Positions 29,457 to 44,824 of a stretch of 64,000 bases of DNA are shown here, piece after piece. Under the pieces are notes generated by a model. That model worked only from the letters and a program-made list of their open reading frames with translations. It did not search any database and was not told the DNA's origin. The DNA is from the human T2T-CHM13v2.0 reference genome, Homo sapiens. How positions within the stretch are numbered: the stretch's first letter is position 1; every line of letters begins with the position of its first letter. The stretch is taken from assembly GCF_009914755.1 (NCBI RefSeq), contig NC_060948.1; one strand, 5' to 3'. Made by a program: the position numbers and the translations under genes.

Positions 29457-30245
29457 TTATTGTTAAAAAAGCAAATGTTTGGCCAGCCACAGTGGCTCAG
29501 GCCTGTAATCCCAGCACTTTGGGAGGCCAAAGCGGGTGGATTGCTTGAGGCCAGGAGTTCAAGACCAGCCTAGCCAACATGGTGAAACCCCATCTCTACT
29601 AAAAATACAAAAATTACCTGGGTGTGGTGGTGCGCACCTGTAATCCCAGCTACTTGGGAGGCAGAGACAGGAGACTCGCTTGAACTGGGAGGCGGAGGTT
29701 GCAGTGAGCCAAGATCGTGCCACTTCCGCCTGGGCGACAATAAAGAGACTTCGTCTCAAAAAAAGACAAAAACAAAAACAAACAGTCAAATGTCTTAAAG
29801 GGAAGAAAGCCTTGAGGTTAAAGGTCATCTCCAGGTTGAATACCTCACCCTCTGTCCTTGGCCTCCACGTCACCCCATCCCATTATTTGGGCAAATATTA
29901 CCTTCATGCTATCCATTAACATAAAAAAAAAAGAAACATCACACTCCCCCAGGCCATCGTGAAAACCTGGAATACAAGAATGACATGTTTTCTTCTTTGT
30001 TTTCAGAAACCACAGCACATTCCCCACCCGGAGAACATGCTCAAAAGAAAAAAAAGAAGATTCAGAAGTGTTCATCTTCTTTTTTACTTTTTTTTTAAAT
30101 TTAAAAATCTCAACTTTCCTCCACACCTGTTAAGACCTATGACATGAACAGATATGCTTTAAAGGTAGAGGTTCTGGCTGGCTTATAAGCACCCAGGATT
30201 TCTGCAGAAAACCTCACTGGGGCTTTAAAAAAATACATTCTTTAA

Positions 30246-31140
<895 letters not shown>

Positions 31141-31148
31141 AAAACCTT

Positions 31149-31661
31149 TGTTAAAGAAAAAAACTATTCAGTGATATTAGGTTGGTAATTGCAGTTATTA
31201 CTTCTGCACAAACCTCAAACTTGTGAAAGCGTCACCAAAAAGATAATGAAGACATTATCCAGGCTTATCGTATGAAGTACAGGGACCACTGCAATGGCGG
31301 TTCACAGTGCAGGAGAGAGGCTGGGCTCAACTTCCAATATGAATACAGCAAGGGCAAGTGGGAATGTATAGCCACGGGGGCAGGCAGTGGGTGTATAGAT
31401 GGCAAAGCACTAAAAGGAAACATCAGAGGTGAAGCGGGTCCTGGCTAAACCAACCTGGCTTGTTAAAGCCAGCCAAGGGGGTTAAACATCAACCAGGGGT
31501 GGTGGACGATGAGGAACCTGATATCAAGAATGGTGGCTTCTTGCCAAACTGACTTAGCAGGTACTTTGCTGAAATCTAATTTTATAAGGAAACGCACAAC
31601 CGGGCCTGGGAGGGGCTTCAGGAGCCTGGCTACGGTTTGGCCAGGCAGAGACTTTTTGTCA
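31149..31661 (-). mobile_element. MER31-family LTR, with a possible degraded MADE1 remnant at ~31177-31217
   Basis: The - strand starts TGACAAAAAGTCTCTGCCTGGCCAAACCGTAGCCAGGCTCCTGAA; the other end is TGTTAAAGAAAAAA. Confidence 0.65.
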
Positions 31662-32345
31662 CATCTCCTTCTCACCTAAAGGTGTCTGCGGTGAATTCTT
31701 GCATCTTTCCTTTTCATGCATTTCCCCAGTCATGTGTTGCAAACCTAACCCTGAAAATACCAAGTATGCAGCCGGTCTGTGAGCTGAGGGAATATTCGGA
31801 GAAACCTGCAGAGAAGCAGCGTTGTCTGCAGATTTAAAGAGGAAGGAAGCAGGACTCGGATAAGGAGGGGGCCAGCCAGAGGAGTGGAGGAGAGCTGACT
31901 TACAGCTGCCTTGCAGAGGGCCTACCTTTATCTTGGGGGATGCCTGCAAGTCTGGTCTTTGACTCTTGTTCAAGATAAGAGCTGGGATTTATGATGCATT
32001 AGTTAAAGTTCAAACCTCCCTGCTGACCTGAGTCCGTTTCTTTACTTAAGGTTTGCACATTTGCAAGTGGCCTAACCAGTTAGACAGCCTGGATGCACTG
32101 AATGACCGGAGTGGCAACCGCCTCCCCTACCTCCTCAATGTCTGGTTTGAGGCCCCATGAAACCAAGATTCCTCTCGCCGTCCTTGGTGTGCCAACCATG
32201 AGACAGAACAAAGGAGACCCTGGGAAGCTCGTGCCCGGGATGTCCCTGAAGCTCCAACACTGGCTGCATGCTCTTTTCTCTCCTCGCACGTTCTCACAAT
32301 CTTACACGAAAGAGCATGCTGTGTGCGGGCTGGGAAGTCCACTCA

Positions 32346-32477
<132 letters not shown>

Positions 32478-32480
32478 CTA

Positions 32481-32741
<261 letters not shown>

Positions 32742-32902
32742 TCAAAGTGGATCAGAGACCCAAATGTAAGTGCAAACTCTATAACACATGCAGAAGAAAA
32801 CAGAGGAGAAAGTCTTTTTCGCTGTGGGTTAGGAAAACTTTTTAGATAAGACACCAAAAGCCTGACCCATTTAAAAAAAAACTTGATTGAGTTTACCAAA
32901 TT

Positions 32903-33490
<588 letters not shown>

Positions 33491-33492
33491 AA

Positions 33493-33681
<189 letters not shown>

Positions 33682-34371
33682 TAGAGATGTGGTTTCACTA
33701 TATGTTAGCCAGGCTGGTCTCAAACTCCTGACCTCAGGTGATCCAGCTGCATCAGCCTCCGAAAGTGCTGGGATTACAGGTGTGAGCCACTGCTGTGCCT
33801 GGCCTGGGGTCCCTTTTATAAGAACACTTATCCCATTTATGAGTCTAGACCTCTAATTGTTTCCTAAAAGCACCATCTCCTAAAACTATTGTCTTGGGGA
33901 TTAAGTTTCAACACATGAATGTTCAAGGCACGCAATGTTCAAGGCAAGCATTGAGACCATAGCAACAGCCAAATCCACAACACTGCCAAAGAATGCCCAA
34001 ACAGCTGCCATTGTCTTCTACGAGGCTCTACACAACCTCCTAAAAGGCAGAATGCCTGGACTGGCCTCTGCCAGCCATCAACAAGATTCCCGCTTTCCAG
34101 GCTCTCTGCCGACTCTATCCTATGAATTCTGGATGGCCTTTGACCCTTCACTTCATCCCCAATGGACTCCCCTGAGAGAAGAAATCCATTTGAATGCAAG
34201 ATCACTGACCAGTGTACAAAATGACAAGGTGTCTCAGTGTTCTTGTAGAGAGGCCAAGTCACCAAGTCACATGACCTGAACTGGGGTAGAAGGCAGTAAT
34301 GAAGGAAGGAAGGAGAAGTTCAAAATAGCTCATGAGCTGGAAGAGCTCTACTGAAGCTATTTCAATCTTGC

Positions 34372-35003
34372 TGTCAGAGGCTTTTGCATGAGAGTGACTC
34401 CATCTTGAATAGAGCCTGGGTAAAATGAGGCTGAGACCTGCTGAGCTGCATTCCCAAGAGGTGTGGCATTCTAAGTCACAGGATGAGATAGGAGGTCAGC
34501 TCGAGACACAGGTCATAAAGACCTTACTGATAAAACAGCTTGCATGAAAGAACCTGGCCAGAACCCACCAAAACCAAGAGGTGACAAATGTGACCTCTGG
34601 CCGTCCTCACAGCTCATTATATGCTAATTATAAAGCACAGAATACTAAGAGACACTCCCACCAGGGCCATGACAGTTTACAAATGTCATGGCAATGTCAG
34701 GAGATTACCCTATATGGTCTAAAAGGGGAGGAACCCTCAGTTCTGGGAATTGCGCACCCCTTTCCCAGAAAACTCAAGAATAATCCAACCCCTGTTTAGC
34801 ATCTAATCAAGAAATAACCATTAAAAAAGGCAACCAACAGCCCATGCTGCTGCTCTGTCTATGGAGTGGCCATGCTTTTATTCCTCTACTTTCTTGGTAA
34901 ACTTGCTTTCACTTTAATCTATGGATTCACCCCAAATTCTTTCTTGCCACAAGATCCAAGAACCCTCTCTTAGGATCTAGATAGGGACCCGTTTCCGGTA
35001 ACA
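34372..35003 (+). mobile_element. Solo MER41B LTR with tandem GAS motifs
   Basis: TGTCAGAGGC...CTCCATCTTGAATAG...TTCCGGTAACA. TTCTGGGAA at 34741 and TTCCCAGAA at 34762. Flanks TTGC/CTGC. Confidence 0.88.
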
Positions 35004-35413
35004 CTGCTATTTTAATTTTTCACCCCTAGGTTTTGTCCCATCAGGGTACATCCTTTGGGTTATAAAATCCTTACAAGGAGAAATTCCTGTAAAGTCATTT
35101 TCCTGCAGAGCCAGGAGTTAGGGCACTGTGAGAAGTGCAGCAGGCCCTGGAGAGCATTCATGGGAGAAGGGAAACAGCAAATGGTGCAGGAGGAGAAGGG
35201 GAGGACAGGGAGGAAAGGAAGATCCACCAATGCGCCTGATTGGTGAGAACAAGATTTGGGGGTGCTTCTCCCATGGGGAAGACTTCTTGGTTTTAGCTTT
35301 CAAGAGTTCCTCATTGGAATCGGACAAGATGCTGCTGATAAAAAGAGTAAAACTCTAAAATAGTTGAAGAGATTTATTCTGAGCCAAATGTGAGTGAGCA
35401 TGGCCTGTGACAC

Positions 35414-35952
35414 TATCAGAGGCACTGGAAGCAGAGCCACTCCATCTTGAATAGGGGCTGGGTAACATGAGGCTGAGACCTGCTGGGCTGCATTCCCAGG
35501 AGGTGTGTGAGGCATTCATAGTCACAGGATGAGACAGGAGGTCCACACAAAGCCCTCGGTGATAAAACAGGTTGCAGTACAGAAACCGGCCAGATCCCAC
35601 CCAAACCAAGATGGTGACAAGAGTGACCTCTGGTGGTCTTCACTGCTACACTCCCACCAGCGCTGTGACAGTTTACAAATGCCATGGGAATGTCAGGAAG
35701 TCTCCCTATATGGTCTAAAAAGGGAAAGAATGAATAATCCACCCCTTGTTTAGCATATCATCAAGAAATAACCATAAAAATGGGAAACCAGGAGCCCTCG
35801 GCGCTGCTCTACGGAAGAGCCATTCATGTATTCCTTTTCTTTCTTAATAAACTTGCTTTCACTTTACTCTATGAACTCACTCAGAATTCCTTCCTGCACG
35901 AACTCCAAAAACCCTCTCTTGGGGTCTGGACCTGGACTCCTTTCCAGTAACA
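35414..35952 (+). mobile_element. MER41A-type LTR (lacks the GAS segment)
   Basis: Collinear with 34372-35003, but GGTCTAAAAAGGG joins directly to ATGAATAATCCACCCC; ends TTCCAGTAACA. Confidence 0.85.
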
Positions 35953-36470
35953 CAGCTATTAACATTAAAGTGTTAATTGATTGCAAATGCCAGGGAAAAG
36001 AGATGAAACAGTGAAGTATGAAGTATGACCCTCCAGGAGCCTCCACCAGAAAAGGAAGAAAGCCTCAGATGGGCATTTGTACAATCCCTAAACACACTGC
36101 ACATGCTCACTTTCCAAGGGTAAGAAGGGCACTGCTTATGTGGGCAGCCCACCCCAAGGGAAGAATCATGGGTAAGAAAGAGGCCAGCATGTAAACTCCC
36201 AGGATCAAGGTTAAACTCCCTCGCTCTCGCTCTCTTTGACCTTCAGGCATGCACTTGCGTCTCTTCCAGGAGTACCTTCCTTTCTTTCTGTTCTAAGGCT
36301 TTTTAAAATAAACTTCCACTACTGCTCTGAAACTTGCCTTGGTCTCTTTTTCTGCCTTACGTCCTCAGTCAAATTCTTTCTTCCAAGGAGGCAAGTATTG
36401 AAATCGCTGCAGACCCCTACAGATTCGCCACTGGTAACTCAGGGTAACTCGGATCTCCCCACTGCTATCA
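35953..36470 (+). mobile_element. 5'-truncated MER83/MER50-like LTR
   Basis: GCCAGGGAAAAG...TAAACACACTGC...GCAGCCCACCCCAAGGGAAGAATC...AATAAACTT...GCAGACCC...GATTCGCCACTGGTAAC. Confidence 0.65.
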
Positions 36471-36936
36471 GACACAGAGTTTCAGTTTTGCAAGATGAAA
36501 AAGTTTTGGAGACCCATGCACAGCAATGTGATTAGACTTAACTCTACTGAACTCTTAACTCTGCTCCCCACCTTTTCTTTTTTTAATTTTTGTATTTTTT
36601 TGTAGAGACGAGGTTTCGGCATGTTGCACAGGCTCATCTCCATATCCTGAGCTCAAGAGATCCATTCACCATGGCCTCCCAAAGTGCTGAGATTACAGGC
36701 ATGAGCCACCACAGCTGGCCTGAAATGTACTCTTGAAAATGGTTAAGATGGTAAATTTAATGTTTTGTGTTTTGCAAACTGTGTCATCCCAGTTTATGTT
36801 GCTTCAACTCTTGCCTCCTTTTCCTATATGTTTCTCTTCTGTTTTGTTCTCTCCTCCTTTTTTGTTACCCCCACTTTCCTCTGAACCTTGACATATTGCA
36901 AAGCCTTGCAAAATAAACAGTCCTGAGAGTTGCTGA

Positions 36937-37293
<357 letters not shown>

Positions 37294-38670
37294 TGAAGTG
37301 ATCCACCCGCCTCAGCCTTTCAAAGTGCTGGGATTACCAGCGAAAACCACTGCGCCTGGCCAGAAAAGTGAAATTTGGGTGAGTCCTCAAAAACTTGTAC
37401 CCCTCTCTTCTCCTCATCTTACAAAACTCAGATCCTGCTGTGCCACAGTGAATCAATTATCTGTGCACAGGGGCTGTCGGGTGAGGATCTGCTGAATAAA
37501 AGCCCTTAGCTCTATTCAAGTCACTTCTTTTCCTTCACCATGTGTTCAAGCAGAATTAATGAAGAGGTGTCCACCATGTTTACTAATATTTCTAAGTCTT
37601 TTACTTTTTGAGACAGGGTCTTGCTCTGTTGCTCAGGCTGGACAGTACGTGGTGCGATCATGGCTTGCTGCAGCCTTAACTTCCCGGGCTCAAGCGATCC
37701 TCCCACCTCAGCCTCCCAGGTAGCTGGGACTACAGGCATGCACCACCATGCCTGGCTATATTTATGTATTTTTATAGAGCTGGGGTCTTGCTATGTTGCC
37801 TAGGGTGTTCTCAAACTCCTAGGCACAAGTGATCCTCCCACCTCAGCCACCCGATTAGCTGGGACTACAGGCACATACCACCACACCCAGCTAATTATTT
37901 TTGTTGTTGTTGTAGAGACAGGGTCTTGCTATGTTGCGTAGGCTGGCTAAATTTGTAAACATTATCATACACAGTCATAAACATTTTTTATCTCAATGTT
38001 AATTTGTTAATTTTTTTCTTTTTTTTTTTGAGACATAGTCTCACTGTGTCACCCAAGCTGGAATGCAGTGGCGTGATCTTGGCTCACTGCAGCCTCCACC
38101 TCCCAGGCTCAAGCAATGTAATTTTTAAAACCCAAGTTATTGGCAGTGTCTCTACAGATCTCAATAAGGCCAGGAACGGTGGCTCACACCTGTAATCCCA
38201 GCACATTGGGAGGTAGATGTGGGCAGATCGCTTGAGTCCAGGAGTTCGAGACCAGCCTGGGCAACATGGCGAAATCTGTCTCTACTGAAAAAAAAAAAAA
38301 AAAAAAAATTACCTGTGCATGGTCGTGCAAGTCTGTCATCCCAGGTACTAGCGGGGCTGAGGCAAGAGGATGACTTGAGCCTGGGAGGTCAAGACTGCTG
38401 TGAGCCCTGACGGTGCCGCTGCACTCCAGCCTAAGCAACACGGTAAGACCCTGTCTCAAAAACAAGATTTCAATCAGATGTTGACAATGAGAGCAGCAGC
38501 TTATGCTTTCATGCTTAATTGTTCCCACAGACTGTGCTAAGAGCTTTATGTTTATTGTCTCGTTTTATCCTCAGAAAATTCCCATGAGCAGGTGGTATTG
38601 TAATCCCTATTTTATAGATAAGGAGAGAAGATGTGGGGCTTAGCATTCATTTGTTACAAAGATGTTTTTA

Positions 38671-39190
<520 letters not shown>

Positions 39191-40177
39191 TTAAGAATCC
39201 ATCTAAAGAGAATTCCACTGGTAAATCTGGTACAATTTGAGCCAAACATGGTGGATCTTGCCTGTAGTCCCAGCCACCTGGGAGGCTGAGATGGCAGGAT
39301 CACTTGAACCGAGGAGGTTGAGGCTACAGTGAGCTATATGATCATGCCACTGCACTCCAGCCTGGGCAACAGAGTAAGACCCTGTGTTATTTAAGGAAAA
39401 AAAAAAAGGAACAGTTTAAACATTAAAAAAATAATAAATTGGACTGCTTTTTACATATTGAACAATCAAAACAGTAGTGATATTCAGGAGAAGGAGTGTG
39501 CTAGGGAGGGAAGAGAAACAGAAAAGCTCTTTTGTGCAGCTGAGTGTTAGGCCATAAATGCTGCAATAATGACAGACTCACAGAGCATCAGCATTTAGCA
39601 ACTATGCAATGGAATCCAGACAAGCATCCTCAAGGCATGCTAAAATCTCATGTAAAGTATATTCTTGCACAGTATATGTCACATACTAGGTATAGCTGGA
39701 TTTGCACGAATGTGCTTCCAACAGATATTGTCTGTGCCAATAAAAACTTCATTTTGTTTCTTAGGATGATGGATAGAGCAGGGATAGAAGACATCAAGTT
39801 TGTAAACCTATGCAACTCATTTGATCTATTAAAAAAATGGGAGCCAGGCACAGTGGTTCATGCCTGTAATCCTCAGTACTTTGGGAAGCCAAAGCAGGAG
39901 GACTGCTTGAGGACAGGAGTTGGAGACCAGTCTGGTCCACATAGGGAGACTCCTATGAGAACATACCTCTAAAAAGTTTAAAAAATTAGCTGGGTGTGGT
40001 GGCACATGCCTGTAATCTCAGCTAATTGAGAGGCTGAGGTGGGAGGATCACTGAAGCCCTGGAGTTGGAGGCTGCAGGAAGCAGTGACTGGGCCACTGCA
40101 CTCCAGCCTGGAAGACAGCGTGAGACTCCATGTCAAAAAAATAGAAATAAAATAAAAAATAAAATTATTTATTTTAA

Positions 40178-40339
<162 letters not shown>

Positions 40340-40889
40340 TGAGTAGCTGGGATGACAGGCATGCACCACCGTGCCTCATTAGTTTTTGTATTTTTGGTAG
40401 AGACAGGGTTTCACCAGGTTGGCCAGGCTGGTCCTGAACTCCTGACCTCAAGTGATCTGTCCGCCTTGGCCTCCCAAAGTACCAGGTACAGGCACGAGCC
40501 ACTGTAATCGGCCAAAGATACATAAATAAGTAATTTTTAAAACAGTACTGTACACTAAAGAGCAGAGGTCTATGAAACCAGAAAGAAAAAGTGCTCTGCT
40601 TTTCCTAATTCAATGGTGGTTGGAAAGAAACCCCTTTCTTACTCAAACTACAGTTCCACCCAAAAACGCTTTAACACTAGGATCTGTTTCACACTTCCAA
40701 GTATCAGCCAAAGGTTTCGGCAAGATTTGACCAAGTGGCTTTGAGGAACAAAAATACTATAACTTATTCCTATGGATCTATAGGCATCAATCCACCCTGC
40801 CAATTCAACAGATCTAGAAATCCTTTCCTTCCCACATCATTTCCACTTGCCACAAGATAATAATCTCATAATATTTATTTATTTATTTT

Positions 40890-41850
40890 TAAATAATTTC
40901 AACTTTTATGTTAGGTCTAAGGGGTACACGTGCCGGTTTGTCACTGGGGTATATTCTATGGTAGTGAGGTATGGGGTATGCATGAACCCCCCACCCACGT
41001 ACTCAGCACTGTACCTGTGAACCCTGAAAATCTGAGACAAGTCTCAGTTAGTTTAGAAAGTTTCTTTTGCCAAGGTTGAGGACACACACCCGCGACACGG
41101 CCTCGGGAGGTCCTGGCGACATGTGCCCAAGGTGGCCAGAGCACAGTTTGGTTTTATATATTCTAGAGAGACATGAGACGTCAATCAACATATACAAGTT
41201 GAACACTGGTTCAGTCTGGAAAGGCAGGACAAAAAAAGAAAAAAAGCAAAGGCGGGGAGACTCGAAGTGGGGAGGGGGGCTTCCGGGTCACAGATACATA
41301 AGAGAAAAATGGCTGCATTCTTTTGAGTTCCTGATGAGCCTTTCCAAATGAGGCAATCAGATATTCATCTATCTTAGTGAGCAGAGGGGGGACTTTGAAT
41401 AGAATGGGAGGCAGAAGCCCTAAGCAGTTCCCAGATGGACTTTTCCTTTAGTGATTTGGGGGCCCCCGAATTTATTTTCCTTTCAACACCCAACAGGTGG
41501 TTTTTCAACCCTAGCTGTCTTCCTTCCCTCCCCCTTCTAGGAGTGCCCAGTGTCTGACATCCCCATCTTCATGTCCATGTGTACCCACTGGTTAGCTCCA
41601 ACTTATGAGAACATGCTGTATTTGGTTTTCTCTTTCTTTATTAATTCACTTAACATAGTGGCCTCCAGCTGCATCCATGTTGCATTACTTCATTCCTTTT
41701 TATAGCTGTGAAGTATTCCTTGGTATAGATACACCACATTTTCTTTATCCAGTCCAATGCTGATGGGCGCCTGGGTTAATTCCTTGTCTTTGCTATTGTG
41801 AATAGTACTGCAGTGAACACACTAGTCCAGGTGTCTTTTTGGTAAAATGA
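40890..41850 (-). mobile_element. L1PB/L1MA-type 3' end interrupted by a MER4A1-like LTR (~41016-41488)
   Basis: ATTTCAACTTTTA...GGGTACACGTGC...AGCTCCAACTTATGAGAACATG. The LTR reads TGTGAACCCTGAAAATCTGAGACA...TTTATTTTCCTTTCA. Confidence 0.78.
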
Positions 41851-41914
41851 ATAATCTCATAACATTTCCAGATCAATGAAACATTTTTTAATTGCCTAAA
41901 CATTTTTATTTATA

Positions 41915-43082
41915 AATTTTTTTTATTATACTTTAAGTTCTAGGGTACATGTGCACAATGTGCAGGTTTGATACATATATATACATGTACCATGTTGGTG
42001 TGCTGCACCCGTTTACTCATCATTTACATTAGGTATATCTCCTAAAGCTATCCCTCCCCCCTCTCCCCGCCCCACGACTGGCTCCAGTGTGTGATGTTCT
42101 CCACCCTGTGTCCAAGTGTTCTCATTGTTCAATTCCCACCTATGAGTGAGAACATGCAGTGTTTGGTTTTCTATCCCTGCAATAGTTTGCTCAGAGTCAT
42201 GGTTTCCAGCTTCATCCATGTCCCTACAAAAGACAAGAATTCATCCTTTTTTATGGCTGCATAGTACTCCATGGTGTATATGTGCCACATTTTCTTAATC
42301 TAGTCTATCATTGATGGACATTTGGGTTGGTTCCAAGTCTTTGCTATTGTGAATAGTGCAACAATAAACATACGTGTGCATGTGTCTTCATAGCAGCATG
42401 ATTTATAATCCTTTGGGTACACACCCAGTAATGGGATGGCTGGGTCAAATGGCATTTCTAGTTCTAGATCCTTCAGGAATCGCCACATTTTCTTCCACAA
42501 TGGTTGAACTAGTTTATAGTCCCACCAACAGTGTAAAAGTGTTCCTATTTCTCCACATCCTCTACAGCACCTGTTGTTTCCTGACTTTTTAATGATTGCC
42601 ATTCTAACTGGTGTGAGATGGTATCTCATTGTGGTTTTGATTTGCATTTCTCTAATGGCCAGTGATGACGAGCATTTTTTCATCTGTCTGTTGGATGCAT
42701 AAATGTCTTCTTTTGAGAAGTGTCTGTTCACATCCTTCGCCAACTTTTTCATGGGATTCTTTGATTTTTTCTTGTAAATTTGTTTAAGTTCTTTGTAGAT
42801 TCTGGATATTTGCCCTTTGTCAGATGGGTAGATTGTAAAAATTTTCTCCCATTCTGTAGGTTGCCTGTTCACTCTGACGGTAGTTTCCTTTGCTGTACAG
42901 AAGCTCTTTAGTTTAATTAGATCCCATTTGTCAGTTTTGGCTTTTGTTGCCATTGCTTTTGGTGTTTTAGACATGAAGTCCTTGCCCATGCCTATGTCCT
43001 GAATGGTACTTCCTAGGTTTTCTTCTCGAGTTGTTATGGTTTTAGGTCTAACATTTAAGTCTTTAATCTATCTTGAATTAAT
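41915..43082 (-). mobile_element. 5'-truncated primate L1PA (ORF2 C-terminus plus 3' UTR)
   Basis: ORF 42300..42989 [18 protein letters not shown]...[13 protein letters not shown] is the L1 ORF2p cysteine-rich C-terminus; poly-T/ATTATACTTTAAGTTCTAGGGTACATG is the 3' end. Confidence 0.95.
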
Positions 43083-43147
43083 AGATTCAAGGTGATAGAT
43101 ATACAGATAGATAGATACATAGGTGGAGACAGATAGATGATAAATAG

Positions 43148-43149
<2 letters not shown>

Positions 43150-43189
<40 letters not shown>
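43150..43189 (+). repeat. (GATA)10 microsatellite, probably Y-STR DYS439
   Basis: 10 perfect GATA units. Flanks TCCTGAATGGTACTTCCTAGGTTT (42997) and AAAAGAATTCCAAGCCAGGC (43217) match my recollection of the DYS439 primers. Confidence 0.82.
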
Positions 43190-43191
<2 letters not shown>

Positions 43192-43349
43192 AAGTATAAG
43201 TAAAGAGATGATGGGTAAAAGAATTCCAAGCCAGGCATGGTGGATTATGCCTGTAATCCCAACATTTTGGGAGGCCGAGTTGGGTGGATCACTTGAGGTC
43301 AGGAGTTTGAGACTAGCCTGGCCAACATGGTGAAACCCCGTCTCCACTA

Positions 43350-43547
<198 letters not shown>

Positions 43548-43604
43548 TTATAAATATAGAGGTAAACATTTAAAACATAGAGAAATCTTAGAAGAAAGTA
43601 GATG

Positions 43605-43762
43605 AAAGTTTCTCAGCACTGCTGCTGTCTGGGACTGGGGGGTTCCATGTGGTCGGGTGTCCTGTGTACTGCAGGGTGTTGGGCAGCATCCCTGAGCTCC
43701 ACCCACCAGATGCTAGCAGGAGGTGGCAGTTGTGACAACTAAAAATATCTCCACATATTGAT
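43605..43762 (+). mobile_element. MER20-like hAT DNA transposon remnant
   Basis: GTCCTGTGTACTGCAGGGTGTTGGGCAGCATCCCTG...CACCAGATGC...GTTGTGACAACTAAAAATATCTCC. Confidence 0.7.
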
Positions 43763-44539
43763 GCAGGTGGATGTTTCGTTTATCTAGAAGCTGGAAATGC
43801 TGTTGTAAATTAAACAAGTTGGAAGAGGACACCAGAACTGCTGTGTGTCAGAGATAGTATGTGTGAAAGTAAAAGATAAAACAAACGGAGGGCCACATTG
43901 ACAATATTATAATGGAGAGGTTCTTATTGTCCCTCACATACAAAGAACTCTTAAAACACTTGAGGGGTTTGCAGGGGCTCGTCTCTAGCACACCAGAAGC
44001 AAAGATAGACAAATACAAAAATATCTTTGCTTTCTTAGGGTAAGCTCTATTTATTTCTTTACTACAGGGCTAGAGTTGCCTTATTAACATCCTGTATTTG
44101 AGGGCTTTCTCAATCCAAATATAAACACAATCAAATGTGTAAATCAAGTTTGGGTTTCAAGATTATAACAGTTTCTTAAAATAAGTGAACACATTCATCT
44201 TTTGCTAGGCTCTGTGACACTTTATGCAGCAGGGAAATTAATTCATCATAAGCAATTTACCAGAACTTCCCTTAAAATTGCCCAAACCAGGGCCTTTCTA
44301 CAAGATAAGCCTTTGGTAACATTTTCAGTTTTTCTCATAGTTATTGTCAAATAGAAGGTTTCTATTTCTTCTGATGACAACAACCAACATCTCACTGATT
44401 TCCCTAGAAGGATCAAGCGCTTCTTCAATACTTCCAGTGTTATTACTATAAGGGGTTCTATATAGTATTCGCTTTTAAAACTGCCTCCAAATGACTTCTT
44501 TCCAATTTCTATTTTGTACATTTATGTTTTCTCAAATGA

Positions 44540-44824
<285 letters not shown>

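Noticed and set aside
42300-42989. 229-aa ORF as a gene
   Set aside because: It is the ORF2p C-terminal fragment of a 5'-truncated L1, with no promoter, endonuclease or RT domain.
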